Source: a virus
Virus record (IMG/VR): IMGVR_UViG_3300020477_001932
Span: 10,257-74,256 of that record
Length of the DNA stretch: 64,000 bases
Direction: 5' to 3' (one strand)
Below the pieces are notes generated by a model. That model had not been told where the DNA came from. It made no database searches and worked only from the letters and a program-made list of their open reading frames with translations. A program made the position numbers and the translations under genes. How positions within the stretch are numbered: position 1 is the first letter of the stretch; every line of letters begins with the position of its first letter. This document shows positions 54,381 to 63,673 of the stretch, one piece after another.

Positions 54381-55418
54381 GTGGTAGAAAAAGATAAGAA
54401 AATTAACATAGCATTTAATGGTTTCGGTAGAATTGGTAGAAATTTAATACGCAAACTTATTAATAATACCAAGTATAATATTGTAGCTATTAATGCAAGA
54501 ACTACTGCTAGTGTTAGAGCTCATCTTTTTAAGTATGATTCTATTCATGGTCATTTTGATGGTACTATTGAAACTGAATTGGATAACCTGATTATTAATG
54601 GTAAAACAATTCCAAATTTTGATAGAAGTACACCAAAGAAATTACCATGGGAAGAATTAGAAGTTGATTATGTAATTGATTCAACTGGTAAGTTTACAGA
54701 TTATCATTCTTTGCATCAGCACATTGAAGCTGGTGCGAAGAATGTGATCGTAACATCACCAGCAAAAGATGTAGATGCAACATTAGTCTATGGTGTAAAT
54801 GAAACAGATTACAAACTCAAAGAAAATAATATTATTTCAGCTTCATCTTGTACTACTACTTGTTTAACACCCGTATTAAAAGTATTACAAAAACATTATG
54901 GTATAAAACAAGGTTATATTACAACTACTCATTCTTTTACAATGGGGCAAACATTATTAGATTCATCCCATCCTGATTTAAGAAGAGCCAGAGCTGCAAC
55001 TCTTTCTATGATTCCTACCACAACAGGAGCAGCTAAAAATGTTGGTGTTGTATTACCAGAATTGGAAGGAAAGCTGGATGGACAAGCAATAAGAGTTCCA
55101 GTTCCAGATGTTTCATTATTAGATATGTCAATAGAGCTTCAAGAAGATACAGATGTTGAAGAATTGCATGAAGTATTTGTTAAAGAAGGCAAAGGCAAAA
55201 TGAAGGGTATTGTTGATGTATCTTGTGAACCATTGGTTTCGGTAGATTATATTGGTAATGAGCATTCAGCAGTAATAGATTGTCTTTCAACCAATGTATT
55301 GAATAAACGATTTGTTAAGATACTAGCTTGGTATGATAACGAGCATGGTTATTGTTGTCGGGTACTGGATTTGCTCGATTATTTGACCAAAAAGAAAACT
55401 CCCTCTAAATCCTCATAA
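54381..55418 (+). CDS. gap: Type I glyceraldehyde-3-phosphate dehydrogenase with NADP-type signatures
   Basis: NGFGRIGR, YDSIHG, SCTT.CL, DLRRARAA, PTTTGAAK, RVP and WYDNE motifs. Confidence 0.92.
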   Translation: MVEKDKKINIAFNGFGRIGRNLIRKLINNTKYNIVAINARTTASVRAHLFKYDSIHGHFDGTIETELDNLIINGKTIPNFDRSTPKKLPWEELEVDYVIDSTGKFTDYHSLHQHIEAGAKNVIVTSPAKDVDATLVYGVNETDYKLKENNIISASSCTTTCLTPVLKVLQKHYGIKQGYITTTHSFTMGQTLLDSSHPDLRRARAATLSMIPTTTGAAKNVGVVLPELEGKLDGQAIRVPVPDVSLLDMSIELQEDTDVEELHEVFVKEGKGKMKGIVDVSCEPLVSVDYIGNEHSAVIDCLSTNVLNKRFVKILAWYDNEHGYCCRVLDLLDYLTKKKTPSKSS

Positions 55419-55502
55419 AATAAACACTTGTAAGTCATTGATTTTAAGGGATTTATTAGATTTAGAAAAAAAGTTTGTAAGTCCTTGTAAAATAAGGACT
55501 TA
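55406..55502. repeat. Three 25-bp palindromic boxes upstream of an early promoter
   Basis: TAAATCCTCATAAAATAAACACTTG (55406), TAAGTCATTGATTTTAAGGGATTTA (55431), TAAGTCCTTGTAAAATAAGGACTTA (55478). Confidence 0.78.
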
Positions 55503-55524
55503 CAGATGCACTTTTTTTTATTTT

Positions 55525-55557
55525 TTCCTTGTGTTATTATCTAAATATTGGTAAAAT
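55525..55557 (+). promoter_or_regulatory. Early promoter
   Basis: TTCC-TTGTGT-17bp(TGG)-TAAAAT; downstream GGAG-CATATATT-ATG leader like those at 12455 and 14837. Confidence 0.8.
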
Positions 55558-55588
55558 ATATGTACTAATGTGAATTGGAGCATATATT

Positions 55589-55744
55589 ATGAAAACAAAA
55601 GTTAAAGTATTTAGATGGAATGAAGTTAAAAATATTTCTGAAATAAAAACTTATTATTTTGACAATTCAAGAAAAGTTACTTGTGCTGATATTGAATTAA
55701 TGAGAATGCTAAAAGAAACCACTAAAAAGGAGCTAGTCAAATGA
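55589..55744 (+). CDS. Small early hypothetical protein (51 aa; not in ORF track)
   Basis: GGAG RBS; first ORF after the promoter; coupled to the next ORF. Confidence 0.6.
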   Translation: MKTKVKVFRWNEVKNISEIKTYYFDNSRKVTCADIELMRMLKETTKKELVK

Positions 55745-55995
55745 GTATTTGGGAAGATGAATGGGAAGATTATGAAATGGATAAAGCTGATTTTGAATGT
55801 TGGTTGGATTCTTTAGAAGGTGAAGGAACACCAGAAGAAAAATATAATCGTTATCAGAAAGAACAAGCAAGAAAATTTGAAACCGAAGATGAATATTATG
55901 ATCGTGTTTACGAAAACGAAATTATGAATCAGACCGAATATCCAGAGTGGATGGTGAAAGGTAAGAATTACATAATGACTGTTTCTAATAATTGA
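55741..55995 (+). CDS. Acidic early hypothetical protein
   Basis: AAGGAG RBS; very E/D-rich. Confidence 0.7.
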   Translation: MSIWEDEWEDYEMDKADFECWLDSLEGEGTPEEKYNRYQKEQARKFETEDEYYDRVYENEIMNQTEYPEWMVKGKNYIMTVSNN

Positions 55996-56002
55996 GGTTG
56001 AT

Positions 56003-56173
56003 ATGTATTATAAAAACACTTGGAAAAATAAAAAAAGAATATCTAAATGTAAAAAATGCTATAAAGATTTTGATACTTCAAACATAATGATTCCAAAAAC
56101 AAATTTTTGGTGTGATTCGTGCCATGAAGTATATTGGAAAAACATAACTAATATTATTAAAGCTGCAAGTTGA
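56003..56173 (+). CDS. Small Zn-finger-like protein (56 aa; not in ORF track)
   Basis: GAGG RBS; CKKC...CDSC. Confidence 0.55.
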   Translation: MYYKNTWKNKKRISKCKKCYKDFDTSNIMIPKTNFWCDSCHEVYWKNITNIIKAAS

Positions 56174-56182
56174 GGTGAAAGT

Positions 56183-56470
56183 ATGAATATGTGGGCAGTA
56201 TCAAAAAAATGGATTAAGATAGATTGGAAATATAACCGTTTCCGATTAATATGTGAAACACTAGGTTCATTAGCATTTATTTCGATTTACCTGTTAATGG
56301 CTTGGTATGGTGATGATGTTTGTATTACTACTATATTTTTAATTCAGTTAGTTGGTTCAACATTACATATTATTAATGCGTATTTGAGAGATAGTGTTAA
56401 TTTGATTTTGTTGAATAGTATTGTTATTGTGATTGCATTGTTTGGTTTGGCCAAAATACACTTAATGTAA
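56183..56470 (+). CDS. Small 3-TM membrane protein
   Basis: GAGGTG RBS; hydrophobic helices. Confidence 0.65.
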   Translation: MNMWAVSKKWIKIDWKYNRFRLICETLGSLAFISIYLLMAWYGDDVCITTIFLIQLVGSTLHIINAYLRDSVNLILLNSIVIVIALFGLAKIHLM

Positions 56471-56484
56471 GAAAGGACTATATT

Positions 56485-57357
56485 ATGGAAAAAGTATTGT
56501 ATGATATTATGAAGTGTGATGATGGTGTTACACGAGCAGTTCCAGTTGTCAATGGAATGCCTCAAGACCCATCTTATGTTTCAATCAACGATAAAAAGAA
56601 AGTAGAAAAAGAAGAAAAGAAAAAAGATAAAAAAGTTGTATCTATTCAAGAACGCATCCAAGAGCAAGTGTATGATTTTGTCGCTCATATAGAAGGCCTT
56701 GTGGATGATTTTATTATAAACGGATACAAACTTAACTATGATTTTTATTCTCAGCTCTTGAATAAGGGTTGTAAGAGTGTCCATGCCCGTAAACTAAGGG
56801 ATCATTACTTAGATGATTATAATGCGATGGTTGCATTATATAATGGTGAGGATGAATATCTCAATGAAGCATGGGGTCATTTGAAACCAACACAAATTGG
56901 TAAAATGACAGATTTCTATGGTGTTATTGTTGACGATTTAGAGCGTATTATTAAGAACGCAACAGCTCAACGAAAACCAAGAAAGAAAAAACCAGTCGCT
57001 GCAAGTAAACAAATTAAAAACTTGAAGTACCAGCAAGAGTTTCCAGACCTAAGACTTGTTAGTATCAATCCAGAAAAGATAATTGGTGCAAGTGAGTTAT
57101 GGGTCTATAATACAAAGTATAAAACTCTTGGTGTTTATTATGCTGAAAATAGTGTTAGAGGTCTTAGTGTAAAAGGTTGCACTATTCAACATTTTGACAA
57201 TGAAACATCTGCTCAAAAGACAGCTCGAAAACCAAAAGATGTGTTAAATAATTTGACTAAGCGTTCTTTGAAAAAGCAAATGAAAGAAATGAAAACCAAA
57301 GAACAAAGTTGTACGGGTCGGATTAATTCACAAACTATCTTATTAGGAGCGTTCTAA
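56485..57357 (+). CDS. Conserved T4-like hypothetical protein
   Basis: SINPEKIIGASELWVYNTK, GLSVKG, KTARKP and GRIN..TILL motifs. Confidence 0.8.
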   Translation: MEKVLYDIMKCDDGVTRAVPVVNGMPQDPSYVSINDKKKVEKEEKKKDKKVVSIQERIQEQVYDFVAHIEGLVDDFIINGYKLNYDFYSQLLNKGCKSVHARKLRDHYLDDYNAMVALYNGEDEYLNEAWGHLKPTQIGKMTDFYGVIVDDLERIIKNATAQRKPRKKKPVAASKQIKNLKYQQEFPDLRLVSINPEKIIGASELWVYNTKYKTLGVYYAENSVRGLSVKGCTIQHFDNETSAQKTARKPKDVLNNLTKRSLKKQMKEMKTKEQSCTGRINSQTILLGAF

Positions 57358-57569
57358 TGATTAAGAATCTTTTTATTATATTTCTGGTTTATCTCATAGC
57401 TTCGTTGATGATACATAAACCAGAAAATGTTGATCTTGTGATTAAAGATGCAGCTACCGCAAAAGAAATGGTAGTTGAAGGTGTCGATTATGTTCATAAG
57501 ACTTTTGATAAAGAATTTTCTGTTCATAGTGATGAAGAATATGAAGAAGAACATGGAGAAAAAAGATGA
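57357..57569 (+). CDS. Small membrane-anchored protein
   Basis: N-terminal TM helix. Confidence 0.55.
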   Translation: MIKNLFIIFLVYLIASLMIHKPENVDLVIKDAATAKEMVVEGVDYVHKTFDKEFSVHSDEEYEEEHGEKR

Positions 57570-58162
57570 GAATTTTATTTGTTATGTTAGCCGCTACTAT
57601 ATCGCTTTTCCTGAGCTCTAATGCTTTTGCGATTGAGTGTTCTTTGCCTCTTTGTTTGAAATTTAAACAACGCCAATCAGCGATGTTCCTTGAAATGGAT
57701 ATGTTTAAATATAAAATCAGAAAGGCATCATTTATAAGATCAAAACCATTTAAGAAAAGAACACCAAAACGAAAAGCTATTTTACTTTGGCCTTTGAAAC
57801 GTGGTAAGATTTCTTCTAAGTTTGGATATAGAAAAGATCCGTTTAGTGGTCATAGAAAACATCATAACGGTTTGGATTTAGCTGCACCAAAAGGCACACG
57901 AATTAGAGCAGCTGCATCTGGTGTAGTTATTAAAAGTGGATGGTATCGTAACGGTTGTGGCATTGGAGTTACGATAGATCATGGAGAGTTTAAAACGTAT
58001 TATTGTCATGCTTCAAAAGTATTTGTTCAGCCAGGTGATAAAATCAAACGTGGTCAATCAATCGGTCGTGTTGGAAGTACAGGTCATTCTACTGGCCCTC
58101 ATTTACATTTTGAAGTACATAAAGGTAATAAAGCTTATGATCCTTTAAAACTACTTGGATAA
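57566..58162 (+). CDS. M23-family peptidoglycan endopeptidase
   Basis: HNGLD, Y.H and GSTGHSTGPHLHFE motifs; signal peptide. Confidence 0.93.
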   Translation: MRILFVMLAATISLFLSSNAFAIECSLPLCLKFKQRQSAMFLEMDMFKYKIRKASFIRSKPFKKRTPKRKAILLWPLKRGKISSKFGYRKDPFSGHRKHHNGLDLAAPKGTRIRAAASGVVIKSGWYRNGCGIGVTIDHGEFKTYYCHASKVFVQPGDKIKRGQSIGRVGSTGHSTGPHLHFEVHKGNKAYDPLKLLG

Positions 58163-58636
58163 ATGAAAGAGAAATTCATAGAAGCACATCTAAAAGTTGC
58201 TAGAGAATATGGTAAACTTTCAACAGCAACGAGGTTACAAGTCGGATGTATTATTGTGAAAGATGATAGAATAATATCTATCGGTTACAATGGTATGCCT
58301 TCTGGTGGTTCTAATGTTTGTGAAGAAGATGGAAAATCAAAACCAGAGGTTCTTCATGCAGAAGCTAACGCAATAACTAAATTAGCAAAATCTACGGAGT
58401 CTGGTCAGGATTCATATATGTTTTGTACTTATGCTCCTTGTATTGATTGTGCAAAATTAATATTGCAATCTGGCATTAAAGAATTTCATTATGAAGAAAG
58501 TTATAAAAATGAAAATGGTATTGAAGTGTTAAAAAAATATTCTAATGTGGATATTTTTAAGCATGAACGTGAAGTGAGTTTTTTACAATATATTGAAGGA
58601 GAAGATTATGACGAAGAAGCGGGCTATCTTGGTTGA
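58163..58636 (+). CDS. dCMP deaminase
   Basis: GYNG, HAEANA and PCIDC motifs. Confidence 0.93.
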   Translation: MKEKFIEAHLKVAREYGKLSTATRLQVGCIIVKDDRIISIGYNGMPSGGSNVCEEDGKSKPEVLHAEANAITKLAKSTESGQDSYMFCTYAPCIDCAKLILQSGIKEFHYEESYKNENGIEVLKKYSNVDIFKHEREVSFLQYIEGEDYDEEAGYLG

Positions 58637-58874
58637 AGGGTTGAAAAAGAATGTAATCAAAGTTATATTCACAAAAGTAAATGGTGATGAAAGAGTCATG
58701 CGTTGTACTTTACATGATTCTATTTTACCAGAGCAAACTATTAGTGGCATCAAGAAAAAAGAAAATCTTGATGTTCTATCTGTTTGGGATTTGGATAACA
58801 ATGGTTGGAGGTCATTTCGTTTAGACTCTATTAAAGACTATCAAGTTGTTGAGGGTGTCGAGGAGCTGATATGA
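58608..58874 (+). CDS. Conserved T4-like SH3/WYL-like protein
   Basis: FTKVNGDERVMRCTL and VWDL...GWRSFR motifs. Confidence 0.8.
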   Translation: MTKKRAILVEGLKKNVIKVIFTKVNGDERVMRCTLHDSILPEQTISGIKKKENLDVLSVWDLDNNGWRSFRLDSIKDYQVVEGVEELI

Positions 58875-59728
58875 TATTATTAGATTTCTCAAATATAATA
58901 GTTGGTAGTATTATGGTAGCTCATAAGATACCAAACGAAGAAAGAACGTCAGAAGATTTCATCAGGCATTTGGTTTTAAATAGTGTTCGGAATTATAGAA
59001 CAAAGTATAAAGCCAAGTTTGGTGAAATTGTTGTTTGTACTGATAATATGTCAAGTTGGAGAAAAGACGAATATAAGTATTACAAGGCACATAGAAAAAT
59101 CAAGAGAGAAAAGCAAGACAAAGAAGGCATGGACTGGAGCGCATTATTCCAGACCATAAACAAAATTATATTGGAAATTGACGAATTTTTCCCGTATAAA
59201 GTTGTCTCGGTTCCACACGCTGAGGGTGATGATATTATTGCTGTTTTGGCTGCACTTGAGAGAGAAAAAAGTATCATTATTTCTAGCGATAAAGACTTTA
59301 CTCAGCTACAGAAATATAAGAGTATTAAGCAATACTCCCCTATCCAAAAAAAGATGTTGAGTGTTTCTGACCCTTATAAATACTTAAAAGAACATATAAT
59401 TCGTGGTGATAAGGGTGATGGAATACCCAATATATTATCAGCTGATGATTGTATTGTCGAAGGAGTGAGGCAAAAGCCTATATCCAAGAAAAAACTTGAA
59501 GTATGGATGAAGGCAAAGCCCGAAGATTTCTGTAAAAATGGCATGGCAGAAAAGTGGGAACGAAATCGAAAATTGATTGATTTTGATTGTATTCCAAGTG
59601 AGTTAGTCAAAGCTATTGTGAATGAATTTGATAAAGAAAAAGCTCCGAAACAAGATCAGTTATTGAATTATTTTATTAGTAAAAGATTGAAGTATTTAAT
59701 GGAACATATAGGAGATTTTACAATATGA
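58871..59728 (+). CDS. rnh: T4-type RNase H (5'-3' flap nuclease)
   Basis: ILLDF, WRK..Y..YK..R, EGDDII, SSDKDF.QL and GDKGDGIPNI motifs. Confidence 0.95.
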   Translation: MILLDFSNIIVGSIMVAHKIPNEERTSEDFIRHLVLNSVRNYRTKYKAKFGEIVVCTDNMSSWRKDEYKYYKAHRKIKREKQDKEGMDWSALFQTINKIILEIDEFFPYKVVSVPHAEGDDIIAVLAALEREKSIIISSDKDFTQLQKYKSIKQYSPIQKKMLSVSDPYKYLKEHIIRGDKGDGIPNILSADDCIVEGVRQKPISKKKLEVWMKAKPEDFCKNGMAEKWERNRKLIDFDCIPSELVKAIVNEFDKEKAPKQDQLLNYFISKRLKYLMEHIGDFTI

Positions 59729-60165
59729 CAGTTTATATTTCTGAGCTATTGAAAGGGATTGCAAAAGCTCGAACACGAAAAGAAAAGAAGGCTCTTTTAG
59801 AAAAATATAAAACAAATAATATTTTACGTTTTGTATTACAAGGAACATTTGATCCATCTATCGAATGGAATATTCCAAAAAAGATGCCTACTTATAAAAA
59901 AGATGATGCTCCAATCGGTTTGAGTGAAACATCATTGTTTACCGTTATGCCAAAGTGTTCAATATTTGTAAAAGATCACCCAAAGTCTAATGGTTTAAAA
60001 GAGAAACGAATTAAAGAACTATTGATTCAAATTTTAGAATCTATGCATCCTGACGAATCCTTAGTTTTTACACAAATGCTAAAGAAGAAACTCAAATGTA
60101 AAGGGCTAACTGAAAAATTAGTATTGGAAGTTTTCCCTGATCTTTATAGAAAGGTAGAAAAATGA
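59725..60165 (+). CDS. Conserved T4-like hypothetical protein
   Basis: FDPSI.W..P, IQILESMHPDE and GLT..LV..VFP motifs. Confidence 0.8.
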   Translation: MTVYISELLKGIAKARTRKEKKALLEKYKTNNILRFVLQGTFDPSIEWNIPKKMPTYKKDDAPIGLSETSLFTVMPKCSIFVKDHPKSNGLKEKRIKELLIQILESMHPDESLVFTQMLKKKLKCKGLTEKLVLEVFPDLYRKVEK

Positions 60166-60473
60166 GTTTAGTTAATATGGACACCGAAGTAGTTGTTCAA
60201 GTTAATAAAAGAAAGAAGATGGCTAGAAAGGCTTTAGTAGTGGAAGCCTTTAAACAAAGATATATTAGAGTTAATCTAGTAGATGAGGACGATCATGTAT
60301 TTGAATTAAAATGGAATGGTTTTATGTATGAGGGTAAATTTTTAGATATGCCTATGACTTGTCAATATAAAGTTGAGAAAGACTTTTCAGCAACTAAAAC
60401 AGCTCGTGGTTCAGGTCTAAAGCCAACAGTCGTAAGACGTAGTAGAAGTGGAAGGCCTGCAAGCATGACTTAG
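60162..60473 (+). CDS. Hypothetical protein
   Basis: Coupled ORF. Confidence 0.65.
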   Translation: MSLVNMDTEVVVQVNKRKKMARKALVVEAFKQRYIRVNLVDEDDHVFELKWNGFMYEGKFLDMPMTCQYKVEKDFSATKTARGSGLKPTVVRRSRSGRPASMT

Positions 60474-60484
60474 AAAGGTAAGCC

Positions 60485-60886
60485 ATGTATATCAGAAAAG
60501 ATAATATTATTCTTAAAACAATTAGAGAGAACAAAAAACATAAAAAAATATATATTCCGTCTAAACATGCTGTAACAAGATGGACTAATATTTTGAATGA
60601 AGAAATTTTTAATAATAAAATACATCCTTTTAAAGATATAGAAATACGAAGGAGGCATGGTTGTCATGCAGAACATATTGGTTGGGAGTCCGGCCCTTTT
60701 GTATATGGTGAACTATCAATGAACAACTGGTTCTGGAATAAATCAGAATTTATATATACTATTGCACATGAAATGATACACCAATGGCAATGGATGAATT
60801 TTCATAAAACAAATCATGGTAGAACATTTATGAAGTGGAAAGATAAATTAAGAAAGTTTGATATTCCTTTAGGAGTTGAAGTATAA
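60485..60886 (+). CDS. SprT-like zinc metalloprotease domain protein
   Basis: AHEMIHQWQ...HG..F..W motif. Confidence 0.8.
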   Translation: MYIRKDNIILKTIRENKKHKKIYIPSKHAVTRWTNILNEEIFNNKIHPFKDIEIRRRHGCHAEHIGWESGPFVYGELSMNNWFWNKSEFIYTIAHEMIHQWQWMNFHKTNHGRTFMKWKDKLRKFDIPLGVEV

Positions 60887-61152
60887 TGCCGTTATATAAT
60901 TTTGAGTGTGAAGCTTGTTCACACTATTACGAAGAATTTAGAACAATAGCGGAAATGGATATTCCATTAAAGGAGCCTTGTCCTAATTGTAAGGAGAAAG
61001 GTAAAATCATACGTTTAGTTGGTTCGCCTATATCCGTTGATTCACTTGCTTTAGAGTCAACAAATGGCAGACTAAAACCACCCCGAGAATTTACAGAGGT
61101 TATGACAAGGATAAAGAAGAATCATCCAGCATCTAACTTTGAGGTAAGGTAA
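60886..61152 (+). CDS. FmdB-family zinc-ribbon protein
   Basis: MPLYNFECEAC...PCPNC. Confidence 0.85.
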   Translation: MPLYNFECEACSHYYEEFRTIAEMDIPLKEPCPNCKEKGKIIRLVGSPISVDSLALESTNGRLKPPREFTEVMTRIKKNHPASNFEVR

Positions 61153-61154
61153 AG

Positions 61155-61490
61155 ATGAAAAAAATAATATTAATAGGCTTGTGTTTATTATTTCTTCTAG
61201 GTAATAAATCAACTACAGCCATACAACATGAGGCAACAAAGCCATTGTCTGATATTATGTTATATTGTAACACACTAGACTTTATCAGAAATATGGCAAA
61301 GAATGACTATATGTTGGGGTTAGCTGCAAGTGGTATCGTCAATGACGATAAACATAGAATGTTATTATCTATGGAATTACTGATGAATAGACATAATAAA
61401 CAATGGGCTGTAATTTTTAACTACAAGAAAGGTAATCTTTCTTGCATAATTGGAGGAAATCATATACGATTATTCAGCCCGAAAACTTAA
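61155..61490 (+). CDS. Exported hypothetical protein
   Basis: Signal-peptide-like N-terminus. Confidence 0.65.
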   Translation: MKKIILIGLCLLFLLGNKSTTAIQHEATKPLSDIMLYCNTLDFIRNMAKNDYMLGLAASGIVNDDKHRMLLSMELLMNRHNKQWAVIFNYKKGNLSCIIGGNHIRLFSPKT

Positions 61491-61527
61491 TAACTGGTAA
61501 AACATTGGAATAAATAGGGGGAGACAG

Positions 61528-62610
61528 ATGTTTACGTTTAAGAAGAATATAATATGTTATATTATATTAACTTTGTTTTTAGCAGTACCAAACGCATTTG
61601 CAAGTCATACTTACAAAACAAGTATTGTAGAAAAGATCATGCCAAGCGTTGTTGAAGTACATGCTGAAAAAGATATGAACAGCAACCAATTCAATCAACC
61701 AGATCAAAAAAGAAGGGGCGGATTTAAATTTAGACAAAAACCAAATGGTGATAGAGGCGATCGAAACAATGCACCAGATCATCTTGGTTCTGGTTTTGTT
61801 ATTAGTGAAGATGGTTTGGTTATAACTAATGCGCATGTAGTTAGTAATTGTTTCAAAGATTGTAAAAGAATAACAGTTGTGTTTTATAATGACGTATCTG
61901 AAGAAGCAACTTTAATTAACTATGATGAAGATTCAGATATAGCTTTATTGCAGATATTATCTAATAAAAAGTTTCCATATCTGAAATGGGGTAATAAACC
62001 AGAATTGGGTGAAGAAGTAATAGCTATTGGTTCACCAATGGGGCAATCATTTACGGTTACGTTTGGAAATGTATCTTCATTAAACAGATTTATTCCAACT
62101 ACTTTACCGTATGTTCCATTCATTCAAACGGATGCTAGTATAAATCCCGGCAACTCTGGTGGGCCATTATTAAATTCTCATGGTGATATAATTGGGATGA
62201 ATACATTAATGATTACAGGCTCACGACAAAGAGGTAGTGGTAGTGTAGGAATTGGATTTGCTATTGATGGTAGGTATGTTCAAAAGACAGTTGAACAACT
62301 TGCAGAACTTCCAAGAGGTTCTAAAATACAAAGACCATACTTGGGTATTATGTATCGCCCAACAAAAAAAGAAGATATGGAAGATTTTAAGTATGGTTAT
62401 GGTGCATATATAAAAGATGTAGTAAAAAATAGTCCAGCATTCGGTATCTTAAAAAAGGATGATATTATCTTGACAGTAGATGGTGAATGGGTTAAGTGGA
62501 GATTGATTGCAACAGTTGTCAAAATGAAAAAAGTTGGTGATGTTGTGAAATTAGAAATACTAAGGGATGGAATGAAAATCCCGATTGAAATAACTTTAGG
62601 AAAAAAATGA
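61528..62610 (+). CDS. HtrA/DegP-family serine protease with one PDZ domain
   Basis: GSGFVI, TNAHVV, DIALL, QTDASINPGNSGGPL and YLGI motifs. Confidence 0.95.
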   Translation: MFTFKKNIICYIILTLFLAVPNAFASHTYKTSIVEKIMPSVVEVHAEKDMNSNQFNQPDQKRRGGFKFRQKPNGDRGDRNNAPDHLGSGFVISEDGLVITNAHVVSNCFKDCKRITVVFYNDVSEEATLINYDEDSDIALLQILSNKKFPYLKWGNKPELGEEVIAIGSPMGQSFTVTFGNVSSLNRFIPTTLPYVPFIQTDASINPGNSGGPLLNSHGDIIGMNTLMITGSRQRGSGSVGIGFAIDGRYVQKTVEQLAELPRGSKIQRPYLGIMYRPTKKEDMEDFKYGYGAYIKDVVKNSPAFGILKKDDIILTVDGEWVKWRLIATVVKMKKVGDVVKLEILRDGMKIPIEITLGKK

Positions 62611-63305
62611 AGAAACAGAGATTCATACACTTGACAGATTGTGATGATGTTGAAATGGGAACCCGTGAAGTGATTGATGGCAAGCGAGTGTATGTAACTC
62701 CAAGAGGAAATGTATATCCTTCCATTACATCAATCTTAGCTTTACAACCAAAGCCAGGTCTGGATAAGTGGAAAGAAAAAGTTGGTCATGCTGAATCAGC
62801 TAAGATTATGAAAGAATCATCTGAACTTGGAACAAAAGTTCATAGTCTTTGTGAAAGTTATTTGTATAATGAAAAATTGAAGTGTGATGATATGGAAGCT
62901 ATTGATGTTTTCAATCGTTTGAGATTTGTACTTGGCAACATCAATAACATATATTGTTTGGAAGCACCGTTGCATAGTGATATATTAAGAGTGGCCGGAA
63001 CGGTAGATTGTATTGCCGAATATAATGGTGTGTTATCTGTTATTGATTTCAAAACATCAAGAAAGCCTAAAAAAGAGGAATGGATTGAAGATTATTTCAT
63101 TCAAGCATTTTTTTATTCTGCGGCATTTTTTGAAATGACAGGTGCAATACCAGAACAAATTGTGATACTGGTTGCAATTAGAAATGAATTTGATATTCAA
63201 GTATTTAAGAAACCATTGAAAGAAATGGATAAGTATATTGATAAACTATTAAAGATTATGAAACAATATCCATCAGTATTGCAACAATATATACGGGAGA
63301 AATAA
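62607..63305 (+). CDS. PD-(D/E)XK exonuclease (T4-like Cas4-related)
   Basis: YPSITSIL, GT.VH, AGTVDC, IDFKTS and Q...Y motifs. Confidence 0.88.
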   Translation: MKKQRFIHLTDCDDVEMGTREVIDGKRVYVTPRGNVYPSITSILALQPKPGLDKWKEKVGHAESAKIMKESSELGTKVHSLCESYLYNEKLKCDDMEAIDVFNRLRFVLGNINNIYCLEAPLHSDILRVAGTVDCIAEYNGVLSVIDFKTSRKPKKEEWIEDYFIQAFFYSAAFFEMTGAIPEQIVILVAIRNEFDIQVFKKPLKEMDKYIDKLLKIMKQYPSVLQQYIREK

Positions 63306-63306
63306 T

Positions 63307-63672
63307 ATGAGTGAAGATATAGATTTAGAAGAATATGACGAATTTGATTTTGGTTTCAGTACAGTTGATGAAGATGAAGTCAAAGAGTTTGAAACAAAAG
63401 TACAAGAGAAAGTAGCTGAGACAACTGGTAAAGTTTCAAATGATCTTGAAAATAAAATCAATCAATTATTAAAGGCTCGAGAAGGTGATACTTCAAGAGT
63501 TGAAGAACTAGAGAAAAAGAGAAAAGAAGATTTACTAAAACTTGAAAAGATTATTATGCCATTGCTTAAGAATTTACAAAAGAATCCAGATGATGTTTAT
63601 ATCAAATGGCCTAATAGAAAAGAAGTAATAGAAAAACAAATAAAAAAGATAGTAGCAATAACACGGAGTTAG
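63307..63672 (+). CDS. Conserved T4-like hypothetical protein
   Basis: FDFGFS.VD and PLLKNL.KNP...YI.WPNR motifs. Confidence 0.8.
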   Translation: MSEDIDLEEYDEFDFGFSTVDEDEVKEFETKVQEKVAETTGKVSNDLENKINQLLKAREGDTSRVEELEKKRKEDLLKLEKIIMPLLKNLQKNPDDVYIKWPNRKEVIEKQIKKIVAITRS

Positions 63673-63673
63673 T

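Noticed and set aside
53106-55418. Host-DNA contamination or prophage boundary at urtA-gap
   Set aside because: Same strand, spacing and AT-rich style as the flanking phage genes; the rest of the urt operon is absent and a phage promoter cassette overlaps the gap 3' end.
55406-55502. Mini CRISPR array or dif site
   Set aside because: The boxes are degenerate, with 0- and 22-bp gaps, and lack the XerD arm; this fits protein-binding sites better.
62607-63305. Cas4 / CRISPR system
   Set aside because: Stand-alone phage PD-(D/E)XK exonuclease; no repeat-spacer array or other cas genes seen.
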